Origin: Acidimicrobiales bacterium
Lineage (GTDB): Bacteria > Actinomycetota > Acidimicrobiia > Acidimicrobiales > CADCSY01
Direction: 5' to 3'
Length of the DNA: 46,565 nucleotides
Assembly (NCBI GenBank): GCA_040905815.1
Contig: JBBDQT010000066.1
Location: 1-46,565 of the forward strand
A program made the translations under genes and the position numbers. The notes under the pieces are model-generated. The model did not search any database. It had not been told where the DNA came from and worked only from the letters and a program-made list of their open reading frames with translations. Each line of letters opens with the position of its first letter. Within the stretch, counting starts at the first letter, position 1. This document shows positions 1-9,348 of the stretch, in pieces.

Positions 1-112
1 ATCTTCGGTGTGCTCATCAGAGATCTGGCACGCTCCTCGCAGCCGGACGCGGCACGGCGAACCTAGCAAGGCAATGGTCAGCCGTGCTGTGAAGAGAATC
101 TCAGCAGTAGAT

Positions 113-155
113 GTAATACGCACTTATTGCCGTTGACCGCGGTGGACGGTAGAAC
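113..155 (+). promoter_or_regulatory. Putative sigma-70 promoter (TTGCCG-17-TAGAAC) overlapped by an imperfect palindrome GTAATA-N6-TATTGC
   Basis: AT-rich patch upstream of the ABC operon: -35-like hexamer 127-132, -10-like hexamer 150-155, inverted repeat 113-118/125-130. Confidence 0.35.
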
Positions 156-236
156 GGCGCCCGAACTGCACAACAGGAAGGCCGAGATGGCAAGCCGGTT
201 CACTCGAGCAGTGGCGGGACCACTTCGGTCTCTGGT

Positions 237-1277
237 TTGTCCGGCGGCCTGACATCGCTTGCCTCGGGCCCGGCATCCCCGCCTGTGGCTCGGCGGGGGA
301 GACGGGTCGCCCTGCGCTCGGCCCTGCTGTACCTGGTGACGGTGCTCGTGGTGGTGACCGTGGTTTTCGCCCTCCCCCGGACCATGCCCGGTGACCCGCT
401 CACCGCGTTGCAGGACCCGGACAACGACGTGTTCGTCACCGACCCCGAGGTGCGGGGAAGGCTCCTCGCCTACTATGGCCTCGACCGACCTTTGCCGGTG
501 CAGTACGTGCACTACCTCGGCAGCATCGCCCGTGGCGACCTCGGCTGGTCGATCTCCAGCAACGCCCCGGTGTCAGGGCTCATCGCCGCCCACCTGCCGT
601 GGACGCTGCTGTTGACGGGCAGCGCCCTGGTGGCCGCCTCAGCGGTCAGCTTCGTCGTCGGGGTGAGCTCGGCGTGGCATCGGGGGCAGCGACGTGACCG
701 TGCGCTGGTCATCACCATGGAGGGCACCCGAGCTGTGCCCGAGTACGCCGTGGCCTCGCTGCTTCTCATCGCCTTCGCCGTCCTCATCCCGGTGTTCCCC
801 CTCGCCGGCGCCCGCACCCCCTTCGCCACCTACGCCTCGCCGCTCGCAGAGCTGGCCGACATCGGCCGTCACCTGGCGCTCCCGCTCGTCGCCCTGACGT
901 TGTCCCTGCTCGGCTCGAAGTTCCTCCTCGTACGCAACACCGTGATCTCCTCCCTGGGGGCCGATTACATGGTGGCGGCCCGGGCAAAGGGTCTGCCCGA
1001 GCGCCTGCTCAAGTACCACCACGCCGGGCGGAACGCGCTCCTGCCCTTCCTCACCGTCGTGGGCATCCAGGCCGGCTTCGCCGTCGGGGGCGCCGTGTTC
1101 GTGGAGTCGGTCTTCGCCTATCCCGGGATGGGCAGCCTCATCCTGCGGGCGGTGGCAGTCCGGGACTACCCGGTGCTGGAGGCGACCTTCCTCGTCCTCG
1201 CCATGGTGGTCCTCGCCGTCAACCTCGGCCTGGAGCTCGTCTACGCCCGCCTCGACCCGAGGGTCGGTGCCGAATGA
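237..1277 (+). CDS. ABC transporter permease, OppB/DppB/NikB family
   Basis: MPGDP N-terminal motif, GDLGWS, EAA loop (ARAKGL), VESVFAYPGMG, RDYP; start uncertain (TTG 237 or GTG 285). Confidence 0.92.
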   Translation: MSGGLTSLASGPASPPVARRGRRVALRSALLYLVTVLVVVTVVFALPRTMPGDPLTALQDPDNDVFVTDPEVRGRLLAYYGLDRPLPVQYVHYLGSIARGDLGWSISSNAPVSGLIAAHLPWTLLLTGSALVAASAVSFVVGVSSAWHRGQRRDRALVITMEGTRAVPEYAVASLLLIAFAVLIPVFPLAGARTPFATYASPLAELADIGRHLALPLVALTLSLLGSKFLLVRNTVISSLGADYMVAARAKGLPERLLKYHHAGRNALLPFLTVVGIQAGFAVGGAVFVESVFAYPGMGSLILRAVAVRDYPVLEATFLVLAMVVLAVNLGLELVYARLDPRVGAE

Positions 1278-2179
1278 GCGCGCAGCCGGCGAACTTCGGC
1301 GCGGTGACGGGGGTCGGCGCCGCCCCCGTCCCGAGGCTCCGGCTGCCCCGGATCGGTTGGGCCGGCATGATCCTGGTGGGCGCCGTCGCCGCCATCGCCG
1401 CCGCCGCCCCTCGGCTCGCGCCCTACCGGGTGACCGAGCTCGCCGGCTCGCCGCTCGAAGGCCCGAGCACGGCCCACCTGCTCGGCACCAACTCGGTGGG
1501 CCAGGACGTCCTCAGCCAGCTCATCGCCGGCGCCCGCATCTCCTTGTTCGTCGCGGTGGTGGCCGGTGGCGGCACCCTCGTGCTCGGCGCCGCGGTCGGC
1601 ATCCTGGCGGGGTGGCTGGGCGGCCACGTCGACGCTCTCCTCATGCGCGTCGTCGACGTCGTGCTCGTGATCCCCAAGCTCCCGCTCCTCATCCTGGCCG
1701 GCGCCTACGTCGGTCCCTCGTTGGGCGGGATCGCGGCGATCATCGCCCTGACCTCGTGGCCACCGAGCGCCCGGGTGCTGCGGGCCCAGGTGCTGTCGCT
1801 GCGGCGTCGGGCGCACCTGAGGGCAGCGCTCGGCTTCGGTGCCGGCGCACTCCGTGTACTTCGTCGCCACATCGTCCCCGAGCTCGGCCTCATCCTCGCC
1901 TCCGGTCTGGTGGCGGCGGCGGGACGGGCGGTGGCCCTCGAGGCGGGTCTCGCCTTCCTCGGCCTCGGTGACCCGTCCGGGGCCAGCTGGGGCTCGATCA
2001 TGCGCGACGCCCTCGACTTCTCGGGACTGTTCTACACCCGCGCCTGGTCGTGGTGGCTCGTCCCGCCGGTCATGGCGATCGCCGCGCTGCTCATGGGGAT
2101 CACCTTCCTCGGCATCGCCGTCGAGCAGCGGGTCAACCCTGCCCTCGCCCGCCACGCCACTGCGAGGAGCAGGCGGTGA
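1274..2179 (+). CDS. ABC transporter permease, OppC/DppC/NikC family
   Basis: HLLGTNSVGQDV...GARISL, EAGLAFLGLG..SWG motifs; ATGA overlap with the upstream gene. Confidence 0.92.
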   Translation: MSAQPANFGAVTGVGAAPVPRLRLPRIGWAGMILVGAVAAIAAAAPRLAPYRVTELAGSPLEGPSTAHLLGTNSVGQDVLSQLIAGARISLFVAVVAGGGTLVLGAAVGILAGWLGGHVDALLMRVVDVVLVIPKLPLLILAGAYVGPSLGGIAAIIALTSWPPSARVLRAQVLSLRRRAHLRAALGFGAGALRVLRRHIVPELGLILASGLVAAAGRAVALEAGLAFLGLGDPSGASWGSIMRDALDFSGLFYTRAWSWWLVPPVMAIAALLMGITFLGIAVEQRVNPALARHATARSRR

Positions 2180-4587
2180 GCGCACCGGCGGTCGAGCTCC
2201 GCACCTTGCGGGTCACCTACCCAGGCCCACCTCCGGTGCGGGCCGTGGACGACGTCTCGTTGGCCGTCGCCCGCGGGGAGTGCCTCGGGATCCTCGGCGA
2301 ATCCGGATCGGGCAAGTCGACGCTGGCCCGCGCCCTGCTCGGTCTCCTCTCCGAGGCTCGCGTGGACGGTGCGCTGCGCCTGGGAGACGTCGAGCTCACC
2401 GGTCTGGACGAAGCGGGATGGCGTGCTGTGCGCTGGCGCCGGATCGCCTTGTCGTTCCAGTCCACAGCGTCGCTCAACCCCGTCCTGCGCGTCGGAGACC
2501 AGCTGCGCGAGCCGCTCCGACTCCACCTGGGCATGGACGCACGGACCGCCGAGCGACGGGTGAACGAGCTCCTCGAGGACGTCGGGCTCGGCGGATGGGC
2601 TGCCACGCGCCACCCAAACGAGCTGTCCGGCGGCCAGCGACGCCTCGTGCTGCTCGCCATGGCGCTCTCGTGTGACCCAGAGGTGGTCGTGCTCGACGAA
2701 CCCACCGCCGGCCTCGACCCCCTCACCCGGGAGCAGGTCATCGCCGTCCTGCGCCGGCTCCGCCAGAAGCAGACGACGCTGCTCGTCCTGAGCCACGACG
2801 CCGACGCGGTGCAGATGGTGGCTGACAGGGCCGTGGTGCTCTACCGCGGCTGGATGGCCGAGGACGGCCCCGCCCCCCAGGTCCTGAGCGACCCTCGCAA
2901 CCCGTACTCGTGGGGCCTGCTCAACGCCCGCCCCACCCTGGCGTCGGTGAAGGACCTCCGTGGCATCCGGGGGGACCCGCCGAACCCGGCCGAGGTGGCG
3001 ACCGGGTGCCCGTTCTTCGGCCGCTGCACCCAGGGCGTCCCCGACCTGTGCACCACGTCCCGCCCCCCACTCGTGCCACCGACGGGGGAGGGGGGGCCGA
3101 GGCTCGTCGCCTGCGTGCGCGGCGGCGTGGTCCCGGTCCTGTCAGCCCGCAACCTTCGCAAGTCCTACCGTGCCCCAGGCGGGTTGCTGCGACGGCCGCG
3201 CGTGCCCGCCGTGGACGGCGTCGACGTCGAGGTCCGCGAAGGCGAGGTGGTCGGGCTGGTGGGCGCGACGGGGGCCGGCAAGTCCACGCTCGGCATGCTG
3301 CTCCTGCGCCTGCTCGAGCCCGACGAGGGATCAGTGCACCTGGAGGGCCGCGACCTGCTGGCCGCGCGCGGTGCCGAGCTCAAGGCGGCTCGGCGCCGCG
3401 CCCAGATGCTGTTCCAGGACCCCTTCGAGGCGCTCTCGGCCCGCCTCACGGTGGCCCAGGCCGTCCGGGAGCCCCTCGACACACAGGGGGTGGGGGAACC
3501 GCAGCGGCGGGACAACGTGGTGCGGGCCATGGTCGGTACCTGCCGGCTGCCGACCGACGACGCCTTCCTGCGCCGCCACACCCACGAGCTGTCCGGAGGC
3601 CAGCTGCAACGGGTGGCGCTCGCACGGGCCCTCGTGCTCGAACCCAAGCTGTTGGTCGCCGACGAGGCGGTGGCGATGCTCGACCCGAGCGAGCAGGCCA
3701 AGATGATCCAGCTCCTCAAGCACCTGCAGGTGGAGCGGGGGATGGCCATGGTCTTCATCTCACACGACCTCGCCGTGGTGCTGCGAGTCGCCGACCGCGT
3801 CCTGATCCTGGCGGACGGGCGGGTGGTGGAGGAAGGTCCAGGCAGTCGCCTGCTGAGCGATCCGCAGCACCCCACCACCCGTCACCTGCTCACCGCCGCC
3901 GGCAGGGACCTGCTGTTCCCGGCCGACGATGCACCAGCTGATCCACCAAGTCCGACGATGAAGGAGATGAAGATGAACATCGAAGAGCAGACCCTCGACC
4001 GCATCGTCGAGTTCCACGGGCACCTGTGCCCGGGGCTCGCCATGGGCGTCCAGGCAGCGCAGATCGCCCTCCGCGAGATCGGCCCCCACTCCAAGGACGA
4101 GGAGGTGGTGGCCGTCACCGAGACCGACATGTGCGGGGTGGATGCCATCCAGTTCCTCACCGGTTGCACCTTCGGCAAGGGCAACCTGGTCCATCGCGAC
4201 TGGGGCAAGAACGCCTACACGTTCTTCCGCCGGTCCGACGGCAAGGCCGTGCGAGTCGTCGCCCGCCCCGGCGCGTGGACCCGCGACCCAGAGCACCAGG
4301 AGCTGTTCGCCAAGGTGCGGGCCGACCGAGCCACCGAAGACGAACGGTCCCGCTTCCGGGAGCTCCACGAGGCGCAGTCCCGCCTCGTCCTGGACATGGC
4401 GCCCGACGAGCTGTACGGCGTCGAGGAGGTGCACGAGCCGGCTCCGGAGAGGGCGCGGATCCATGCCACGGTCGTCTGCGAGGCGTGCGGCGAGGGCGTC
4501 ATGGAGACGCGCATCAACGTCGTCGGCGGCCGCCAGCTGTGCGCGGCGTGCTCCGAGGTCCGAGCGACCGATGGGGAGCGGTCATGA
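2176..4587 (+). CDS. Double ABC ATPase (DppD/DppF-like) fused in frame to a C-terminal FmdE-family domain with zinc finger
   Basis: Two Walker A motifs (GESGSGKS, GATGAGKS), two LSGG signatures, Cys-rich GCPFFGRC segment; then FHGHLCPG, CGVDAIQ..TGCTFGKGN and CEAC/CAAC. GTG 2176 has a GAGGAG RBS and a GTGA overlap; a second RBS+ATG lies at 3961-3975. Confidence 0.88.
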   Translation: MSAPAVELRTLRVTYPGPPPVRAVDDVSLAVARGECLGILGESGSGKSTLARALLGLLSEARVDGALRLGDVELTGLDEAGWRAVRWRRIALSFQSTASLNPVLRVGDQLREPLRLHLGMDARTAERRVNELLEDVGLGGWAATRHPNELSGGQRRLVLLAMALSCDPEVVVLDEPTAGLDPLTREQVIAVLRRLRQKQTTLLVLSHDADAVQMVADRAVVLYRGWMAEDGPAPQVLSDPRNPYSWGLLNARPTLASVKDLRGIRGDPPNPAEVATGCPFFGRCTQGVPDLCTTSRPPLVPPTGEGGPRLVACVRGGVVPVLSARNLRKSYRAPGGLLRRPRVPAVDGVDVEVREGEVVGLVGATGAGKSTLGMLLLRLLEPDEGSVHLEGRDLLAARGAELKAARRRAQMLFQDPFEALSARLTVAQAVREPLDTQGVGEPQRRDNVVRAMVGTCRLPTDDAFLRRHTHELSGGQLQRVALARALVLEPKLLVADEAVAMLDPSEQAKMIQLLKHLQVERGMAMVFISHDLAVVLRVADRVLILADGRVVEEGPGSRLLSDPQHPTTRHLLTAAGRDLLFPADDAPADPPSPTMKEMKMNIEEQTLDRIVEFHGHLCPGLAMGVQAAQIALREIGPHSKDEEVVAVTETDMCGVDAIQFLTGCTFGKGNLVHRDWGKNAYTFFRRSDGKAVRVVARPGAWTRDPEHQELFAKVRADRATEDERSRFRELHEAQSRLVLDMAPDELYGVEEVHEPAPERARIHATVVCEACGEGVMETRINVVGGRQLCAACSEVRATDGERS

Positions 4588-6302
4588 GGGCGATGGTGAT
4601 CGGCAGGGGCAAGGTCACGTTGGCCGGTCGACTGCTGCTGGTGTTCGCCCTCCTCCTGGCGGGCTGCGGCGGCGACGAGACGTCAGCGCCCGACGAGCAG
4701 GCGGAGGAGACGCCGTCCGACGAGCAAGGGGAGGAACAGCCAGCGGATGCGCCGACCTCGGTGGAGCGCGTGCGGCTGGCCGGGCTGCGAGGCTTCGGCT
4801 ACCCGTCACCGTTCGCATGGGTGCGTGGACCAGGCTGGCTCGTCACCGGCTACGTGTTCGACACGCTGCTATGGGAGGACGAGACGGGCGAGCCCATCCC
4901 CTGGCTGGCGCAGGAGTGGGAGGAGTCCGACGACGGCCTCGAGTGGCGCTTCACGCTCCACGAGGACGCGGTGTGGCACGACGGCGAACCGCTCACGGCG
5001 GACGACGTGGTCTTCAGCGCCGAGTACATGACCGAGGGGCCCGGCGCTGACGCCGCCGGCTTCGCCAGCAGAGGTCTCTCGGTCGTCGACGAGGTCGTGG
5101 CCGAGGGACCTCGAGACGTCGTGTTCCGCCTCAGCCGGCCCAGCGCGTCCTTCGAGGAGGAGGTCGCCATGAGCTTCCTCGTCGTGCCCCAACACATCTG
5201 GGCGGACGAGGGGGATCCGGCGAAGCTGCGTGGCCCCGAGGCCACCATGGGTTCGGGCCCGTACCGGCTGGAGTCGGTCGACGAGGCCAACGGCACGTTG
5301 TTGTTCACCGCCAACGAAGACTTCTACCTGGGGGCGCCAGTCGTGAAGCGCGTGGAGTTCGTCCCCGCCGAGGACGAGCTGCTGGCCCTCCAGCGCGGGG
5401 AGCTCGATGCGGCCGAGGTCGCTTCGGAGCAAGCCGTGCCCGAGGCGCTGCTAGACGCCTTGGAGGAGGACCCCAGGGTCGGGCGGGCAGACGCCGAGGG
5501 CAGCTGGAACCGGATGTTGTTCTTCAACCTCGCCCAGGGCTTCCCCTTCGACGACGTGCGCTTCCGTCACGCCGTCGCCTACGGCATCGATCGCGAGGAC
5601 CTGGTGGAGCGCATCATGTTCGGCCGCGCCAAGGTCGGCAGCGCCGGCGGCCTCGCCCCCAACAACCCGTTCCTGGCCGATGGTCTGCCCACCTACGGCC
5701 ACGACCCCGCCCAGGCCCAGGAGCTGCTGGACGACCTCGGCATGGCCGACACCGACGGCGACGGCTTCCGGGAGGTTCACGACGGCACGCCGTTCCGACC
5801 GCAGCTCCTCGACAGCAACCGCTTCTCGGCCAACACCCCGGAGCTGATCAAGGAGTACCTGCGTGAGATCGGCATCGACCTCCAGATCAACATCTTGGAC
5901 CAGGCAGCTGCCGACGAAGCCGCCGCGCAGGGGGACTACGGCATGGCCCTGGTCGGCTTCGGCGGCATCATGGGTGACCCCGACACCCTGCGGACCCGGT
6001 ACGGCAGCGACGCACGTGGCTCCAGCTTCAACAGGGCCCACGGGTACTCCAACCCGACCTTCGACGAGCTGGCACAGCAGCAGCAGGTCACCGTCGATCG
6101 CGACGAGCGCAAGGAGCTCGTCTCCCAGATGCAGGAGATCATCGCCGAGGACCTGCCGACGCTCTCGCTCTACGTGCCCGACGACACGGTCTTCTTCAAC
6201 CGTGAGGTGCTCGAGAACTGGTACTTCACACCGGGCTGCAGCCCTTGTGGCGGCACCCGCAACAAGCACCTGTTCCTCACCGGCGAGAAGATGGGGTACT
6301 GA
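4584..6302 (+). CDS. ABC substrate-binding lipoprotein, family 5 (peptide/nickel)
   Basis: Lipobox LLAGC, PWLA.EW..S.DG.EWRFTL...WHDG.PLTADDV, GSGPY; ATGA overlap at 4584. Confidence 0.92.
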   Translation: MRAMVIGRGKVTLAGRLLLVFALLLAGCGGDETSAPDEQAEETPSDEQGEEQPADAPTSVERVRLAGLRGFGYPSPFAWVRGPGWLVTGYVFDTLLWEDETGEPIPWLAQEWEESDDGLEWRFTLHEDAVWHDGEPLTADDVVFSAEYMTEGPGADAAGFASRGLSVVDEVVAEGPRDVVFRLSRPSASFEEEVAMSFLVVPQHIWADEGDPAKLRGPEATMGSGPYRLESVDEANGTLLFTANEDFYLGAPVVKRVEFVPAEDELLALQRGELDAAEVASEQAVPEALLDALEEDPRVGRADAEGSWNRMLFFNLAQGFPFDDVRFRHAVAYGIDREDLVERIMFGRAKVGSAGGLAPNNPFLADGLPTYGHDPAQAQELLDDLGMADTDGDGFREVHDGTPFRPQLLDSNRFSANTPELIKEYLREIGIDLQINILDQAAADEAAAQGDYGMALVGFGGIMGDPDTLRTRYGSDARGSSFNRAHGYSNPTFDELAQQQQVTVDRDERKELVSQMQEIIAEDLPTLSLYVPDDTVFFNREVLENWYFTPGCSPCGGTRNKHLFLTGEKMGY

Positions 6303-6309
6303 TGCACGT

Positions 6310-7119
6310 GTGAGCGACGCGAAGGAAGGTCTCGTCTCCACCCGCGCCGGACTCGCCCGGGCGATCATCCTCGGAATCTTCGCCGGCTTCCTGTCCGGGC
6401 TCTTCGGCGTGGGTGGGGGGATCCTCATCGTCCCCGTGCTCGTGCTGGCGCTCAAGATGGACCAGCGCCTCGCTCACGGCACATCGCTGGCCGCGGTGCT
6501 GCCCATCGCGTTCTCGGGTCTCGTCGGCTTCGCTGTCGAGGACAGCGTCGACTGGCCCGCCGCCCTCGCCCTCACCGTCGGCGCCATCCTCGGCGCCCTC
6601 ATCGGCACCCACGCCCTGCACGTCCTGCCGGTGAGCGTGCTCGCTCGCGCCTTTGCCGGCGTTCTGCTCATCAGCGCCATCCGGCTGGTCCTCGACCACT
6701 CCTCGGGGACGGGACGGCCGGAGATGGACGTGGTGATGGTCGTCGGCCTGGGTCTCGTCGGCCTCTGCGCCGGCACGCTCGCCGGGCTCCTCGGGGTGGG
6801 TGGAGGGGTCGTGATGGTGCCGGCGATGGTCATCTTCTTCGGCATCCCCGCAGCGGTGGCCAAGGGGACCTCCCTCGGTGTCATCATCCCGACCTCGATC
6901 GTGGCCACGCGACGCAACCTGAAGAACGGCCATGCCGACCTGCAGGTCGCGCTCGCTGTCGGCCTCTCCGGTGTCGTGTCGTCGTACCTGGCGTCGAAGG
7001 TCTCCGTCGGTCTCGATGAGCGGACGTCCAACATCCTCTTCGCGGTCCTGCTCACGGTCGCTGCCGTGCGGCTGTTGCTCAAGGACCGCACTGCGGTCTC
7101 GAGCGAACCGGCGACGTGA
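6310..7119 (+). CDS. TauE/SafE (TSUP) family membrane transporter
   Basis: Two repeats of AG.LSGLFGVGGG...VP and A.GTSL; highly hydrophobic. Confidence 0.88.
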   Translation: MSDAKEGLVSTRAGLARAIILGIFAGFLSGLFGVGGGILIVPVLVLALKMDQRLAHGTSLAAVLPIAFSGLVGFAVEDSVDWPAALALTVGAILGALIGTHALHVLPVSVLARAFAGVLLISAIRLVLDHSSGTGRPEMDVVMVVGLGLVGLCAGTLAGLLGVGGGVVMVPAMVIFFGIPAAVAKGTSLGVIIPTSIVATRRNLKNGHADLQVALAVGLSGVVSSYLASKVSVGLDERTSNILFAVLLTVAAVRLLLKDRTAVSSEPAT

Positions 7120-7222
7120 GCCGGGGCGATCGAGGCGGTCTGTTCAGGCCGCCACACCTCTCGTACGCTGCTGCCTGGACGAGGTCGTCGCGACCTCGAA
7201 CCGACAAGTCAGGGGGCGGCTC

Positions 7223-8059
7223 ATGACGGTGATCCGAGCGGCGTTGGTCCAGGAGACGTGGACCGGCGACAAGGAGTCCATGATCAAGGTCCACGAGGAC
7301 CGGGCCCGGGAGGCCAAGGAGCAGGGAGCGCAGGTCATCTGCTTCCAGGAGCTCTTCTACGGCCCGTACTTCTGCCAGGTCCAGGACGCGGCCTTCTACG
7401 AGTACGCGGAGTCCATCCCCGGGCCGACGACGGAGCGGTTCCAGGATCTCGCCCGCGAGCTCGCCATGGTGATGGTGCTGCCGATGTACGAGCGGGAGCA
7501 GCCGGGTGTGCTCTACAACACCTCGGCGGTCGTCGACGCCGACGGGTCGTACCTCGGCAAGTACCGCAAGCACCACCTCCCTCAGGTCAAGGGGTTCTGG
7601 GAGAAGTTCTACTTCCGCCCCGGGAACCTCGGATACCCCGTCTTCGACACGGCCGTCGGCAAGGTCGGCGTGTACATCTGCTACGACCGTCACTTCCCCG
7701 AGGGCTGGCGTGCGCTCGGTCTCAACGGCGCCGAGATCGTCTTCAACCCGTCCGCGACGCATCGGGGCCTGAGCGCCTACCTCTGGGAGCTCGAGCAGCC
7801 GGCGTCAGCAGTGGCGAACGAGTACTTCATCGGAGCCATCAACCGGGTCGGCATCGAGGAGCTCGGCGAGAACGACTTCTACGGGACGAGCTACTTCGTC
7901 GACCCCGAGGGCAAGTTCGTCGGTGAGACCGGTGACCCCCACGACGCCGAGCTCATCGTCCGCGACCTCGACATGGAGCTGCTCACCGAGGTCCGCAACC
8001 GCTGGCAGTTCTACCGGGACCGCCGGCCCGACTCCTACGACGGCCTCGTCCAGCCGTGA
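7223..8059 (+). CDS. Nitrilase-family carbon-nitrogen hydrolase, probable beta-ureidopropionase
   Basis: FQELF (Glu), YRKHH (Lys), ICYDRHFPE (Cys) triad, FWEKFYF; adjacent to dihydropyrimidinase. Confidence 0.9.
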   Translation: MTVIRAALVQETWTGDKESMIKVHEDRAREAKEQGAQVICFQELFYGPYFCQVQDAAFYEYAESIPGPTTERFQDLARELAMVMVLPMYEREQPGVLYNTSAVVDADGSYLGKYRKHHLPQVKGFWEKFYFRPGNLGYPVFDTAVGKVGVYICYDRHFPEGWRALGLNGAEIVFNPSATHRGLSAYLWELEQPASAVANEYFIGAINRVGIEELGENDFYGTSYFVDPEGKFVGETGDPHDAELIVRDLDMELLTEVRNRWQFYRDRRPDSYDGLVQP

Positions 8060-9348
8060 CGGCGGAGCCGACGCTCGCCGAGCGCCACCGGGCGGTCATG
8101 CCGTCGTGGCTGGCGGTGTACTACCAGGATCCGATCGAGCTCACCCACGGCGAGGGCCGCATGGTGTGGGACGCCGACGGCAACCGCTACCTGGACTTCT
8201 TCGGCGGCATCCTCACGACGATGGTCGGCCACGCCGTGCCCGAGGTCGTCGAGGCGCTCCAGGAGCAGGCGGCGAAGCTGCTCCACACGTCGACGCTTTA
8301 CCTGAGCCGCCCGATGGTCGAGCTCGCCGAGCGGCTGGCGGCGCTCTCGGGGATCCCCGACGCGAAGGTGTTCCTCACGACGTCGGGTACGGAGGCGAAC
8401 GAGGCCGCGCTCCTCGCCGCCACCTCGCACCGCCGCAGCAACCAGGTGCTGGCCCTTCGCAACAGCTACCACGGCCGCTCCTTCGGCACGGTCGCCATCA
8501 CCGCGAACCGGGCGTGGTCACCGACCAGCTTCAGCGGGCTGCAGGTCACCTTCGTGCACGGGGGCTACCGACTCCGCAGCCCGTTCAGACAGCTCGACGA
8601 CGCCGCCTACACCGAGGCGTGCGTGCAGGACCTGCGAGACGTCCTCGACATGTGCACGTCGGGCGACGTCGCCTGCATGATCGCCGAGCCGATCCAAGGC
8701 GTCGGCGGGTTCGCGACGCCCCCCGACGGCTTCTTCGGCGCATTCGCCGAGGTCCTGCAGCAGCACGGCATCCTCTTCATCGCCGACGAGGTCCAGACCG
8801 GCTTCGGCCGCACGGGGGAGCACCTGTGGGGCTACGAGGCCCACGGGTTCGTACCCGACATGATCACGATGGCGAAGGGCATCGGCAACGGCGTGAGCCT
8901 CGGCGCGGTGGTGGGCCGCTCCGAGGTCCTCGACTCGGTGCACGCCAACTCGATCTCGACCTTCGGTGGCAACCCGCTCTCGTGCGCAGGTGCGCTCGCC
9001 ACGCTCGACGTGCTGCAGCGCGACGACCTCCAGGGCAACGCGCTGAAGCGCGGCGCCCAGCTGGCCGAGGGCCTGCGGACGATCGCCGCGCGCCACGATT
9101 GGATCGCCGAGGTCCGCGGCAAGGGCCTGATGCTCGCCGTGGAGGCGTGCACCCCCGGCGGCGTCGATTCGTGGCCCGACGCGGCAGGGCAGCTGATGGA
9201 GGCCACGCGGGCGCGTGGGCTGCTCATCGGCAAGGGCGGTCTCTACGGCAACGTCGTCCGGCTCACGCCGCCCCTGTCGGTGACGGAGGCGGAGGTCGCC
9301 GAGGCGCTCGGGATCCTGGAAGCGGCAGCTGCGGAGGTGCGCACATGA
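8056..9348 (+). CDS. Class III PLP aminotransferase, probable beta-alanine/beta-aminoisobutyrate transaminase
   Basis: SGTEANE, SYHG, EPIQG, IADEVQTGFGRTG, MAKGIGNG, TFGGNP. Confidence 0.88.
   Translation: MTAEPTLAERHRAVMPSWLAVYYQDPIELTHGEGRMVWDADGNRYLDFFGGILTTMVGHAVPEVVEALQEQAAKLLHTSTLYLSRPMVELAERLAALSGIPDAKVFLTTSGTEANEAALLAATSHRRSNQVLALRNSYHGRSFGTVAITANRAWSPTSFSGLQVTFVHGGYRLRSPFRQLDDAAYTEACVQDLRDVLDMCTSGDVACMIAEPIQGVGGFATPPDGFFGAFAEVLQQHGILFIADEVQTGFGRTGEHLWGYEAHGFVPDMITMAKGIGNGVSLGAVVGRSEVLDSVHANSISTFGGNPLSCAGALATLDVLQRDDLQGNALKRGAQLAEGLRTIAARHDWIAEVRGKGLMLAVEACTPGGVDSWPDAAGQLMEATRARGLLIGKGGLYGNVVRLTPPLSVTEAEVAEALGILEAAAAEVRT

Noticed and set aside
1-17. Possible minus-strand gene start (ATG at 17) running off the window
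   Set aside because: Only five codons are visible and the nearest RBS is poorly spaced
14-25. 12-mer TCATCAGAGATC repeated at 14377-14388, both copies upstream of ABC operons
   Set aside because: Exact 12-mer matches are expected by chance in 46 kb, and there is no flanking similarity
50-89. Hairpin GCACGGC/GCCGTGC enclosing ACCTAG...ATGGT, reminiscent of part of the Moco/Wco RNA motif
   Set aside because: The downstream conserved elements (CAGGG...GAAA...GCCTCCCG) are not visible, and it lies upstream of the putative promoter; an Infernal search would be needed
7923-9344. 945-aa ORF suggesting an extended hydA (likewise the 4026, 5863, 6932 and 23697 extensions)
   Set aside because: Arg/Gly/Pro-rich off-frame read-through of upstream genes; coupled or RBS-bearing internal starts exist
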